From Mobula hypostoma (taxonomy: Eukaryota), in NCBI RefSeq assembly GCF_963921235.1, contig NC_086108.1:25854001-25918000 (forward strand): a stretch of 64,000 nt of DNA. Reading direction: 5' to 3'. The notes under the pieces are model-generated. The model was given only the letters and a program-made list of their open reading frames with translations, was not told the DNA's origin and did not search any database. A program made the position numbers and the translations under genes. Of this stretch, positions 26,966 to 40,431 are shown piece by piece; positions within the stretch are counted from its first letter, which is position 1, and every line of letters begins with the position of its first letter.

Positions 26966-27539
26966 GTTAAATAGGGTACCGTGCACAATTCTGATTTGAT
27001 GGAGACAGCTGTGAGAAGCACGGAGGAACATCTGGAGAAACTTCTGAAATGTCCGGTTCGCTGCCGCAGCTACTGTGTGATCGAGAACCTCCGGAGGGAA
27101 GGCCCCAAATCCTCAGCTTTTCCTGCTGCTGGCGGCCGGGGCTGGGGTCGAAGTGTTTGGCAGAGATGGTGCTCGGTGCTTGGTGTCGGAGGGCTGGTCG
27201 GAGGATCAAGGTTTTCGGATGACTCAGAGTCGGACTGTGGTCGGGCATGGCAGGAAGAGTTTTCTTCCTTCTCCCATCTGCGTGAGATGTGGGACTTTCG
27301 AGAGACTTTGAACTTTTTTTTACCGTGCCCATGGCCTGTTCTTCATCAAGTTAGGGTACTGCTTGCACTGTTGTATCTATATGTTATAATTATGTGTTTT
27401 TTGTCAGTTTTTCAGTCTTGGTCGGTCCTGTGTTTCTGTGACATGACACCGGAGAAATATTGTATAATTTCTTAATGCATGCATTACGAAATGACAATAA
27501 AAGAGCACTGCGTGTCCTCATAATCTAATCTAATCTAAT
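26966..27539 (+). mobile_element. Non-coding bipartite retroposon, 5'-truncated copy
   Basis: CpG-rich body, AATAAA and (AATCT)n tail; inverted near-copy at 29067-29700. Confidence 0.75.
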
Positions 27540-28964
27540 TGGTCATGATTCATTATTTTTAACTACCAATGAGCTATTGCATGTACTCAGTAGCACCATC
27601 TTATTTTTAATTTTTTTTCTTTAATTAGGTTTGTTTGGTTTTCTTGCTTTGTGGCTACCTATAAGTGCACAAATCTCAAGGTTGTATAATTTATACATTC
27701 TTTGATAATAAATGTTTATTTTGAATCTTTGAATGACTGTTCCTCACCTTCCTCACACTCACACTTCCACCTGGTTCAGTATCATAGCAGACTTGGTTAT
27801 ATTATTCCTGGTCTTTTCATATAAATCATTGATCTACATCCCTGTAGAATGTCCCTAATCAGCGACTCCCAATCCAAAAATGATCTGTGTGTTCCAGTTC
27901 ATTGTCTTTCCACAGTTCCCAGTCTATGCCAGGAAATTACACTCCATCTGTTTAATATTCTCATGGATCATACCTTATTGAAGGCTTTCTGCCATCCAAT
28001 TCACCAAATCTATTGATTCCTTTAGAATATCTAAAATCTCTAACAGTTTGTAGCATATGATTTTCCTTTCATAAATCTGAAATTGCTCAAATTTAATTAT
28101 TATTTTTGAGGTTCCATGTCATGACATCATTCAGAAAAAACTGATTTTATGTTCATCCTTGTACGGGCCTGTGGTTCCCGAACCCTATTTTTCTCCCTGA
28201 AATCAAATATTTCTAATTGCTACCTCCCAGTCTGTGGCATCCATTCCAGAATCTGAGACAGTTTGGAAGATGGCAGTCAATTTATCCACTCACTCCATTG
28301 CCCTGCCATATCTATACAGAACTAAATATGACTCAAAAATTTATCTTTTTTATCCTAATAAGTTCTTCAAAACTTTTCTTTTACATATGTCAACTTATTT
28401 TCATCTCTTCATTCACTCCAAACATATTGTTCTCCATTGTTTCTGAGAAGCATTCCATCCTTTTCTGTGAAGGTAGAGTTAAAAAAATCCCTGTCAATGA
28501 TACTTTGCTGGTTATTTTGGCTGGTGATAAGTCAGATTCCATGTGAACAGAACATAGCAGAGCACAGCAACATTCATTGCTTCACTTATTTTTAAATGCT
28601 GATATTTTAAATAAAATGTTATCTCAACATACATTGCTAGACTCTTTTATGTGGTAAAGCTGTTTAACATTTATCTCTATTTATAGCATATTATTTCTGC
28701 TATGAATCAGCTTGCTGTAGATATGGTTTCCAACCACTCTTTAACATAGTACAGTTGTAGACCAGTTCACAACATTTATCACCATCTTTCACAAGTTTGT
28801 CTTGCCCTTGTGTATTTAACATTTTAATTTATTCTGTGTTGTCAAAAGTCTGAAGACACAAATCTAGTGTAACACGGAAAACAAGAGATCTGAACCAGAG
28901 TTGGAATGGTGAAATGATGGAGCAGAGGTTGGGACTTAGAGTGGGCAAATTCTTGTTGAAGGTC

Positions 28965-30270
28965 AAAGTCAAAGTTCAAAGTTAATTAGTTTTCAAAGTA
29001 CATAATTGTCACCATACACAACCCTGAGATTCATTTTCTTTTGGGCATACTCAACAAGTCCATAATTAGATTATTAGGACACGCAGTACTCTTTTATTGT
29101 CATTTAGTAATGCATGCATTAAGAAATGATACAATGTTCCTCCAGTATGATATCACAGAAACACAAGACAGACCAAGACTGAAAAACTGACAAAAACCAC
29201 ATAATTATAACATATAGTTACAACAGTGCATAGCAATACCATAATTTGATAAAGAACAGACCATGGACACAGTAAAAAAAAGTCTCAAAGTCTCTTGAAA
29301 GTCCCATCATCTCATGCAGACGGTAGAAGGAAGAAAACCTCCAGCACCACAAACTTGCCGATACAGCACCCTGGAAGGTCCCGAACACAGCCGACTCTTG
29401 AGTCCGTCCGAAAACTTCGAGCCTCTGACACCGAGCACCATCTCTGCCAAGCACTTCGACCCCGGCCACCAAACAACAGGCAAAGCCGAGGACTTGGGGC
29501 CTGCCCCTCCGGAGATTCTCGATCGCACAGTAGCAATGGCAGCAAAGCGGGCATTTCAGAAGTTTTTCCAGATGTTCCTCCGTGCTTCTCATGTCTGTCT
29601 CCATCAAATCAGAATTGTGCACGGTACCCTACTTAACAAATACAGATATCATTCACCAGAGAGGCCGTGCGCACTGCGTCGCACCGCCATCTTCTCCTCT
29701 TAGAATAATAACCATAAAAGAATCAATGAAAAAAAACACAACAACTTGGGCATTCAAGCAGTTTGCAAAAGACACAAACTGTGTAAAGGAAAGAAATAAT
29801 AATAATAAATGAATAAGCAATAAGTATCAAGAACATGAGGTGAAGAATCCTTGAAAATGTGTCTATAAGTTGTGGGAACATTTCAATGATGAGGCAAATG
29901 AAGTTGAGTGATTATCCCTTTTGGTTCAAGAGCCTAATAGTTGAGAGGTAATAATTGTTCCTGAATCTGGTAGTGTGGGTCCTGAGGCTCCCAAACCTTC
30001 TTCCTGATGGCAGCAGTGAGAAGAAAACCTGCTCTGGATCGTGGTGCTCCCCAATAATTGATGCTGTTTCTCTGTGACAACATTTCATGTAGATGTGCTC
30101 AATGCTGGGAAAGGCTTTTCCCATGACTGGGCCTTATCCACTACTTGCAGGATTTTCCATTTAAGGGCATTGGAGTTTCTAAACCAGGCCGTGATGCAGT
30201 CAGTCAATATACTCTCCACCACACATCTATAGAAGTTTGTCAAAGTTTTAGACAGCTTCTTGCCAAATCC
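28965..30270 (-). mobile_element. Rex1/Babar LINE 3' part hosting the 29067-29700 insertion
   Basis: AAAGTTCAAAG tail; reads FSLLPSGRRFGSLRTHTTRFRNNYYLSTIRLLN. Confidence 0.8.
29067..29700 (-). mobile_element. Non-coding bipartite retroposon, apparently full length
   Basis: Minus strand begins AGAGGAGAAGATGGCGG (YY1-type motif) and ends AATAAA...TAATCTA; it splits the host Rex1 tail. Confidence 0.75.
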
Positions 30271-32113
30271 TGTAATAAGATGCTACCAGGTGTTGGAGTC
30301 CAAAAGATTTAGTGGACTCTTGTCACATTGACTTTGCCTATTTTTTACTTAGCTTTCCACCTGCTTCCTATGATTGTACATCAGGCTGAGCAGCCAGTCA
30401 GACTGCAGATCTTACACAGTGAACAGGGATGGGGAATTTTGGAAGAAGTGCCATGAAAATCTATGTTACACATCTAAAATGGCTTCATACTTTCCAAAAT
30501 GAGAAGATGTTGAAGAAATGTTGAAGTTCTTGTAAAATCAATCATTTTGTGGAGGAGTATCCCGGAAGATTGTCTGCAAAGAAGGAAAAGTATCACTGAC
30601 TGTAACTCCCAGATTCCTATGTTTAAGCACATATATATAGTGGCCAGAAGGAATAATGTCATCTGTTGATTGTTTCACAGTCATTACAATGACAAATTGT
30701 GTGCAGTTATAAATGCAGGTAGAGCAAAATAAGAGGGTAGAATGAAAGGTTGAGAAAAAAAGAGACAGAAAGGAAAAGCAAAGCAAATGGTGTTGTTAAA
30801 TACTCTTTACGATTAAAGCCTGGATGAATGAGACTCTATACCAGTTTATTTTTAGTACCTAAGAAGCTGATGACAATTACCACATTATCAAATCTAGCAG
30901 CAGTTCAGAGGGGGCCACCAGGCAAACAGTGGGACAGTACTGAGGAAGTGCACAAGCAGTGGAGGTGCAGCACCAAGGGAATTCTTTGGCTGATGAAAAG
31001 TCAGCACGGAGAGCGCTGGGGTGGACATTTGATTAAATGGTATTCTTGATTGAACAGACCATGACAAGTTTGGCAGGTGCAGATGAACAAAAATTTAATT
31101 GTATGTCTACCTCACAGAAACACACTTCATAACATCTGATGCATTCCACTGGTGAGACAGACAAGAGCATCCTATTTTTTGTAAATCCCGCAGATGGAGC
31201 AATGCCATTCAGCAGAGCTTTTGGATTTTTACTTTAAACCGGTACGTGTGCCTCACCAGAAAGGGATCTGCAGCTGCCTTGCTGTTATTTTGACAGGAGA
31301 ATGTTTTCTACGTTGAACTGTGTGTAAATATTAAACTTATTTTTTTTCCTTCTGCTTCCACATCAGTTTTAATCATCGCTTTCACTTCTGTTGTAGGTAA
31401 TAAATTTTCCTTATGGCATGCAAAGCCAGTTATTAATGGACACAATTGAATAATCCAGCAAAGATACTGTCCAGCTGATTGAAGATACCAACTGTACATA
31501 TATAGAAATGTAATTTACCTTTGTGCGTTGACTGGCTGCAGATGTTTGATGAAAAATTCCTTAAATGTTTGTTTTATGTGCAATCTGGTTGGGCATTATT
31601 GGAGCATGTAACTCTTTCTCTACATGTTGCCACAAACCAATATGTCCCAGCTGTCTAAGTGTCCTCTAACAAACAAAGCATGACAACAGCGAGCTTCTTT
31701 CATGAAAATGCAGAGCATTGAACACACTTATCACAGCGAGATCTATTTGTTTCCTACTGATTCCCTTTCAGTGAAAATAATGGACATAAATTCTACTTAT
31801 GCTCCATAAAAAAATGCATTTTCAGGCCAGCTAGTCTGATTCTTTAGCTGTTTCAATTCTCTGATTTATTGGAAGAGAGCAGAGGTGGATGGTGGGAGAA
31901 CTGCTTGATCTCGGTTGTAGCAAGGACTGGTGCTGCCTGTTTGCAGCTGCCAGGAACAAGGGGATGAAGCCAATGTTGGAGCAGTCCTGCCCACACCCCT
32001 CCCAGTTTTCTCTTAGTGGGAGATGGGTTCTATTGTGGTTAACTGATGATTTTGATGGGATGAGTGCTGTCTGGATTATACGTATGTATATTCTGTGTCA
32101 TTGTATTTTACTG

Positions 32114-32850
32114 TGTAACGCACTGGTAAAGGTTTCGCTGCCAATATTATTGGATAGTTCATGCAGTGTGTGGGTTATTGTTAGAGATAATGGGACTGAG
32201 GAATGTGAGCCATCCAATCAGGAGAGAGTGCTGGAGGAGTGTTTTTTTGTGTGCCTGATACTGGTGTGAGCCGGGGTCTTTGTTCAGTGGGAGACGAAAA
32301 GAGAAGATGCTGGAGAGAACCAAATGTAAGATTTGATCCAGTGGGGCTGTGATTCAATGGAGCAAAGTGCAGGAGTCTACTGAGGATCAGTAAATATGAC
32401 TATTGGAATAGTTGGGTTCCAACCTGTGCACATTTGACTGTTTAATTACAATGGCCCTTTTTGTTTTTTTTCTTTCTTTTCTTTACTAACCCTTCAGTTA
32501 AGTTAATATTCATAAATATACTTCCTTTAATTATATGCAGCGTGCAGTCTGTTATCTCTTAGCAACGAGTTGTAAGAAGGTAGAAAATCATGCAGCATTC
32601 ACACAAACTGGGGCTTGGACGGGAGAGACATCCTAATCTCACAGATTTGGTGGGACTGTTGTGTGTGTTCCCTTGACGTACGTGGGACGAGAACAGTGGG
32701 TCTTCTGGTGCAGAGGTGGGGGACTGCCAGTGAGCGCTAACGAGTCGTCTCCTGGGTCGCCCTAGAAGAAGGGCAGGGTGTGCAGCTGATACTCTGTATG
32801 TGTTTGTTTTCTTGTATGTGTGAAGGCTGGGCCTCAAGTCATGGTGTCAC
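32114..32850. mobile_element. LTR-like element related to 9027-9990
   Basis: Starts TGTAACGCACTGGTAAAGGTTT (compare TGTAATGCTCTGGTTAAGATTT) and shares GGAATGTGAGCCA..CAATCA; 3' end and TSD not resolved. Confidence 0.45.
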
Positions 32851-35800
32851 AGGAGAAGGGGTGGCGGCAGGGGTCAAGTGTCAGGGCCAGCGCACTCCAT
32901 CGGGTGTGGTGCCCAGGCTGGAGTTGCACCCCCCCTCCCACCCCTAGTGTTCATCTGGCAAGAGACAGGCTCTATTCTGGTCGACTGTGGATTGATGGTT
33001 TGAGTTTTGGGACTCTTCTATTGTGTGATTGTGATACACTTTGTACCTGCTATCTTGTGTGTGCCTTGTGCTGTGTGTGACTGTTGGTGCTGTGTTTTGC
33101 ACCTTGGCCCTGGAGTAATGCTGTCTCATTTGGCTGTGTTCATGTAGGGTTGGATCACAATTAAACCTGAATTGAATATCAAGGGCCTCAAGTGCAGGAA
33201 TCCCAGACAGAGAGAGAAGGGTAAGAATTTTCCCGAAAGTAGATTATCCATAAATTATAAATTCAATGTTCAGTCTAAATTGTATCTTGAAGTTTCATTC
33301 AATCTTCTCAATCTTTTAATTGTGATAGGAATCAGTATCTAATAAAAATCAATTCTTTCAGGATATTAGGATATGTTAAAAAAGCATGGGGTTTAGGATC
33401 TGGGCTCCAGAAACAGAGGAGGTATATAATGCGAAAGCCATGAATGCACAGGTAATACAGGTATAAATGCTAATTTTAGCTATTCTGTTGTGACCAATAG
33501 GAGAAGGAAAACTTTGATTTCAAATCTCTGCTGCCTTGTGGTTATACCCACTCATGGGTAAAGCTTCAGGAATAAACTCCAAGGGAAAAATCCAGAACTG
33601 GGGTCCCTAAGGCAGTCCTACATTGAGTTCAATGTTGACTGGCAACTCCTGCAATGCTGCTGGCATCTCTGCCGTTCCTTTGAGCTTATCAGATATGTGG
33701 AAAGGGGGAGCTAGCTACATGGGCAACAGCTTGCTCCCCATATCATACTGCCCTGGCTTGCACACCTAGACAGATAGGATGCAACTCTGACCAACAGAGG
33801 CCTCAGCTCAGTGCAGTTGTGACCAGTTTTCCAAAATGCAACACTTGAGAAGAATGTGAGAGTTTAGGAAAGGATACCAAGGAGATGTACTGGTTTGATG
33901 GCAGAGATGAGGAGTCATACACATGGTAAAGTGGAATAGCCAGATCTCCATTGTTCTGAGAAGACCCAAAGGGACTCTGGCAAAGCAGTTTGAAAAATGT
34001 GGTGTTTAGATATACTAAATGAAGGGAATCTATTTCCAATTACAAATCAGGCAAGATCTATGGACAGGGGTCAGAGCTAATATTGACACTTTATCAGAAT
34101 GGGAAATGTGGGAAAACAAGGGAGCAAAAGGAATGTTTGTGATTGGGTGGAAACTCAGTTGTCTCGGTGACCCCATTGATTCTGCTGCTGTTTCATTCAA
34201 ACACATCAGCTCATGAGTAATTGATATTCAATCCCCTTTTCTAGATAGCATGACCTATGTTAAATTAGTTTCAAGAATTGCACAGCATTTGTGTGATGAT
34301 TTGGACTTAATAGGTGATAATGGTGAAAAAATTGTGAATGATTAGCATCTCCTAAGTACAGGCAATGAGACAAATGTGTAAAACTAATGCAGCAACTCTT
34401 GAAGGCTAAACTGGTGTAAATCCCACAGATAGTGGCATTTAAGTACGTGTTATTATGGGAAACTGAATTTCCAAGTCCCTCTTCACAGAGAGGTTAGAGC
34501 TTGGAATGGAATACCAGATGGAACATTGGATATACGTAGATTCAATTGTTACCTTTAAAAGAAAATTGAGACAGTATCTGGAATAAAATAAATTTTGTTC
34601 TCTACTCCATTTTCGAAATACATACTGCAAATGTCTTATTTCTGTTGATGGATGTTATTCTGTACCCGTTATCCATTAGGATTAAAAGTGACATAGTCAA
34701 TAAAGAACAGCAGCAGTAATTGGTATTGTTTATCACTGTACATGCCAAATTATCATTTGCTGAATCAACACGTTTGTATTAAGGCAATTTCTATTTATTT
34801 TGTATCTAGAGTTTGCAGAGTTTACTAATAACGTCCAAGTACTATATTTCCATCACATCCTCAAATCAAACAAATGTTTCCATCTCAGTCCAGTAGTAAA
34901 ATGAATATTATGCTCTGTTGATTCCCTGCACTATTAAAGAAGGTTGAATGAACCATATGCATGTGTTTCAAGAAAAGTCAGATGGAGCTGTGTCATATGG
35001 AGGGATAGAGAAAAATACAAAAAAAAAAGACTTCTTTGTGTCTTAGTTTTCTGCTTGTCTCCACTGAATATTTTTGCAACAATGCACAATACATCACTCA
35101 ACCATCAGGGTCTCAAACCAGAGAAGGTAACTTCCCTCAACATCACTTGTCCCATTCACCGAAATGTCCCCACAACCTATAGACACAGTTTCAAGGACTC
35201 TTCATCTCGTGTTCTCTCTAGTTATTGCTTATGTATCTACTTTTATTACTTCTTTCTTTTTGTATTTGCACAGTTTGTTTTTTTTTGCATACTGGTCAAA
35301 GCCCCCCAAAATTGGTGTAGTCTTCCATTGTTTCTAATATGGTTATTATTCTATTATGGATTTATTGAGTATGCTTGCAAGAAAATGAATCACAGGGTTG
35401 TATATTTAACATGTACGTATCTACTTTGATAATAAATCGACCTGAATTTTTTTTTTCCTTGAAGAAGCAGTATTCTACTGTTTGCTGTTTGTCCTGTGCA
35501 CATGCATTGACCCTAAAGATTACAATTGCTTGTCCAATTGTTCGTAGGAGTGTGATGCTGAGATAGATCATAGTAAACAGTGCTCCACTGAATTAGTGAA
35601 CCTGACTTTGTTATTTACTGAACATCAAACTTGAAGAATTAATGTGAAGACCACTTCTGAAGAAAGCAGTACCTTATACTGTCCTAGTACATTATGCTCA
35701 GGTGTTTCAATTTGAGTTTTTTGCTAATGAGTCAATGGAAGGTTTAACTATTAGATGTTGATACTGTAAGAATGTTTCTGATAAAAAGGATGCACTCAAA

Positions 35801-36268
35801 ACCCTCAATTGTATTATCTTTTCAGAGGTTAACAAATTTAGTAACTGTACTTGGTATTATTGTAATTGTAGTTAATCAGCTCTCGCATTTTGAGTGTGTG
35901 AACAGATTTCCCATTTTATATGCTGTTTCAGCAATTCCCATCTCTTTCAGCACCAACATGCTCTGTATCCCATTTGCTGTAGACCTCATTCGGTTACAGA
36001 GCTTTAGGGTATTTTCAGTTAGAAGTGTTACCACTGGAATGAAGGACAGAGAATGATTTTAAGATACTGTAATCAGCAAAAAAAAATGGGGGAGAAAGAA
36101 GAATACCACTTAAGATGCAACAGAAATAGACTATATAATTCTTCAAGCCCTTTCCACCATTCAGAAAACTTCTACACAAGATCCAAACTCCTAAAAATCC
36201 CACAATAATTGATACTCTTTGTGGCCATCAAGCAGTTTAGGCTTTGAATACACTGATCAGCCAAGTAC

Positions 36269-36408
36269 ACTTCGTCTGACGAAGGGTCTCAAGCCCGAAA
36301 CGTCGACTGTACCTCTTCCTAGAGATGCTGCCTGGCCTGCTGCGTTCACCAGCAACTGTGATGTGTGTTGCTTGAATTTCCAGCATCTGCAGAATTCCTC
36401 GTGTTTGC
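36269..36408 (+). mobile_element. Solo Penelope-like terminal repeat starting at the hammerhead core
   Basis: CTGACGA-AGGGTCTCAAGCCC-GAAA-CG-TC-GACTG at 36276-36309; the 5' strand of stem I is replaced by a 7-bp inverted duplication, CTTCGTC-T-GACGAAG. Confidence 0.85.
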
Positions 36409-36839
36409 GGCTCCAATTAAGAGACCATTTTTCGTAGAAGAGGAGTCTCCAACCTAAGGAAATAGCCTTAAAAAAGAATCTGCCCTGTAAATTCCTCCAA
36501 GAATTTTATGTTTCAGCGAGACTTCTCAGATATTCAAGCCACACAATATAGGCCCATAGTATTTAATCTCACTTCATAACACATCCTCTTATCACAGAAA
36601 TCAATCTCATGATTCTCACTGCATCCAGCCAAGTATATCTTTCCTTAGAAAATATGAGCAATGCCTTGGGTTTGATCTCGTTAATCCCCCAAAATATTTG
36701 CAACAAGACTTATCATTCTTGTGTTCCAATTATGTGAAACAAAAACCACTTGCCCTTTGCTCTACCTGCATGTTAATTAAGTAGCTGATGACCAGCATTA
36801 AAAATACACAACTTTCCTGTTTTCCTAACTGAGATTTTA

Positions 36840-37150
36840 AGAGTAAATAATAGGTTTAATTGTCACATGTACAAGGAAACATCGACACACAGTGAAATAC
36901 AGCATTTGCATCAAATCAAATCAGCAAGGATTGCGTTGGACAGCCCACAAGTGTCACCATTCTTCCAGAACCAACATAGCAAGCCCAATACTCACTAAGA
37001 CTAACAGTACATCTTTGGGATGTAGGCAAAAACCAGAGCACCTGGAGGAAACCCACATGACCACAGGGAGAATGCATGAATTCCTTACAGACAGTGGCAG
37101 GAATTAATCCCTGATCTTACAGATGATGCTATAAAGTAATGTGCTTACTG
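36840..37150 (-). mobile_element. SINE (HE1-like family); related decayed copies near 8045-8300, 18520-18780, 38450-38640, 46455-46760 and 55720-55978
   Basis: Shared motif TCTTTGGGATG...GGAGGAAACCCAC...CACAGGGAGAA...CAAACTCC..ACAGACAG. Confidence 0.6.
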
Positions 37151-37156
37151 ATACCA

Positions 37157-38368
37157 GCAACACACATCAAAGTTGCTGGTGAACGCAGCAGGCCAAGCAG
37201 CATCTGTAGGAAGAGGTGCAGTCGACGTTTCAGGCCGAGACCCTTCGTCAGGACTAACTGAAGGAAGAGTAAGGGATTTGAAAGTTGGAGGGGGAGGGGG
37301 AGATCCAAAATGATAGGAGAAGACAGGAGGGGGAGGGATAGAGCCAAGAGCTGGACAGGTGATAGGCAAAAGGGGATACGAGAGGATCATGGGACAGGAG
37401 GTCTGGGAAGAAAGACAAGGGGGGGGGGACTCAGAGGATAGGCAAGAGGTATATTCAGAGGGACAGAGGGAGAAAAAGGAGAGTAAGAGAAAGAATGTGT
37501 GCATAAAAATAAGTAACAGATGGGGTACGAGGGGGAGGTGGGGCCTAGCGGAAGTTAGAGAAGTCTATGTTCATGTCATCAGGTTGGAGGCTACCCAGAC
37601 GGAATATAAGATGTTGTTCCTCCAACCTGAGTGTGGCTTCATCTTTACAGTAGAGGAGGCCGTGGATAGACATGTCAGAATGGGAATGGGATGTGGAATT
37701 AAAATGTGTGGCCACTGGGAGATCCTGCTTTCTCTGGCGGACAGAGCGTGGATGTTCAGCAAAACGGTCTCCCAGTCTGCGTCAGGTCTCGCCAATATAT
37801 AAAAGGCCATATCGGGAGCACCGGATGCAGTATATCACCCCAGTCGACTCACAGGTGAAGTGATGCCTCACCTGGAAGGACTGTTTGGGGCCCTGAATGG
37901 TGGTAAGGGAGGAAGTGTAAGGGCATGTGTAGCACTTGTTCCGCTTACATGGATAAGTGCCAGGAGGGAGATCGGTGGGGAGGGATGGGGGGGACGAATG
38001 GACAAGGGAGTTATGTAGGGAGCAATCCCTGCGGAATGCAGAGAGAGCGGGGGAGGGAAAGATGTGCTTAGTGGTGGGATACCGTTGGAGGTGGCAGAAG
38101 TTACGGAGAATAATATGTTGGACACGGAGGCTGGTGGGGTGGTAGGTGAGGACCAGGGGAAGCCTATTCCTAGTGGAGTGGTGGGAGGATGGAGAGAGAG
38201 CAGATGTACGTGAAATGGGAGAGATGTGTTTAAGAGCAGAGTTGATAGTGGAGGAAGGGAAGCCCCTTTCTTTAAAAAAGGAAGACATCTCCCTCGTCCT
38301 AGAATGAAAAGCCTCATCCTGAGAGCAGATGCGGCGGAGACGGAGGAATTGCGAGAAGGGGATGGCAT
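37157..38368 (-). mobile_element. 5'-truncated Penelope-like element (Neptune-type) with GIY-YIG endonuclease and 3' terminal repeat
   Basis: ORF 37782..38288: FKERGFP...PLVLTYHP...CKRNKCYTC (Cys linker)...FTCESTGVIYCIRCSRYGLLYIGET; continues past a stop to RLGDRFAEH...VATHFN...LQPDDMNIDF. Confidence 0.92.
37219..37256 (-). ncRNA. Minimal type I hammerhead ribozyme motif, core intact
   Basis: Minus strand TAGTC CTGACGA A GGGT-CTCG-GCCT GAAA CG TC^GACTG; stem I UAGUC/GACUG. Confidence 0.8.
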
Positions 38369-40009
38369 TAGGACCAAGCCAGCTCCCAGGGGTGGAATCT
38401 CATTAGTTCCTGGAAAATAACCAGCACGATCGGGTAAAGGGTGCCATGCTGGAGTAGCAGATAGTTCTGCAATTACACAGTTCTGGGGGCTCAGGTTCAA
38501 TCCAAACTTCAGCTCCTATCTGTGAAGAGTTGGCATACTAGTTATAGATTAGAGTTCTACATCAAGGACACATTCTCCATTTGACTCTATGGGCTTCCTC
38601 CAGAGATTCTGGTTTTGTCCTACATCTCAAAAATGCTGATAGATTAATTAATAAATTACCCCTTACTGAGGTTAATGACAAAAAAGAATCAAAGTTGATT
38701 TGATGAGCATGATAGAGAGAACAAATTGTATGATACAAGGAAATAAGGAGAAGGGGAATAGGACTTGTGGGATTGTTCTCCTGTGAGCTAGCATAGACCA
38801 GTTATACTCCTTCAATATCATGACAAATTTAAGAAAGGAGGTAAATTAGTCAGTACAGCCAAGAAGGTGGGGGAAGTTAAAATGAAGGTGGCAGTGGCAG
38901 TCACCCAAAGGTAATTTTTCCTTAATAAATTCAGCTGAACTCACAAATGTACGTTTGTATATTGGCCAGGAGGTCACCTCATCAGTACCATTTGGACAAA
39001 ACGTGGAGTAGTACCAAAGATGAAGGATATATTGCAAACTAAAAGAGGGTCTGTTATATATGATAGATGGAGGCTCCAGGCCCACCAGTGTCCTTATTAG
39101 ATGCTTGAAAAGATAGGTTGAGCCTTTGGCAACTCACTTCAACTCTCTTTAATCTGTTAGGTGTGGTGTGTGAACCACTTGCCTCTAGACTAAGACATCC
39201 ATCAAGGTTTCAAGAATATGCTTTAATTTGTCAAAATGAGATATGTCACAGCTTCACAACAGGAAAATGAAAAGGGTATAGGCCAAAAATTAAAAAGGGC
39301 CATAGAGCAAGGGAAGACACACTGTGAAATTCCTCAGCAATGACTGCAGTTTTGAAGGTAGATGGTGCTGAATAAAGAACTGGAACTATACTTGTTATTT
39401 AATATATGAACAGGTATCACAAAGCTGTGGAAAGCTAACTTTCAGTGCGGCTAGATGTCATAAATATTTAATGACCTGTGTTGCAGCAGCAACTCTGTAG
39501 AGATGATGCTGCTAGCAACAGTCAGCCTTAGCTTGGAGTTCCTTCCTCCCACAGATACGAAGTTGAAATGATGCTGCTTTGAAGTAATGAAAAGCTCACA
39601 GTTAATTCCAGCCAATTTGGAAAGTGCAATCCTTCTTTTCAAAGAAAAGAGCAAATGTCAAAAACAATAAAACCCTCCAAATGCTGATTGGAATAATTAA
39701 GACTTAATGTGTCTAATGTGATTTGCTTCTCCGCATTATGCAATAATGCTCATTTTATTTTGTGCTGTGTTAGGATTAACTGAATTTGCAATTACATTTT
39801 TACTAGGTTTATTCCTGGAAAGAAAAGGTTAATATTTAAAGAGATCAGCCCAGTTTGGGCTAATACACATCTGTGTGTACAAGAACAAGAGCTGATTGAG
39901 GTATTCAGACAGTATATTAAGAACTTTTAAAAGGCACTTGAACAAGTACTTCTTTACATACTGCTCGTAATGCCACTGGCAGGAATGAAGTTCCTCCATT
40001 TTAGAAGGA

Positions 40010-40255
40010 ACCTTCATCGCCGTTTCCGTAACAATTTTATTTTTGACCCGTCAGGGTTGTTAGCCCCAGACTGAACCCCTGAACCTGGAGGACCAGTGGA
40101 CCACTCTTATCTGGCCAATACCCTTTGACCTGTTTGGCATGGGTGACCCTACCAATAGCCAAAGAACAAGGCCCTGACTGCAGCGAATATAGCTTTCTGG
40201 GTTACTGAGGCATGCAAGTCTGAAATCCCTACGACAAGGCTGTGGTCCTGTTGGA
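40010..40255 (-). mobile_element. RTE-related non-coding repeat
   Basis: Minus strand GGTAGGGTCACCCATGCCAAACAGGTCAAAGGG...GGGGTT...GGGCTAACAACCC...TGTTACGGAAAC, typical of RTE 5'-UTR derivatives. Confidence 0.55.
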
Positions 40256-40431
40256 GAACTTGAACAGGTACATGGATAGGACAAGCTTCAAGGCATTATA
40301 TGAGTGAATGAGCTAGCTTAATGACAATCTTGGTGAGCACGGACCATCTAGGCCAAAGGCCTGTTTCTATGCTCTATGTCTACGACTACGACAATTAACT
40401 TCTCCTCTCCTGCATTCTATAGTAGCTAAAA

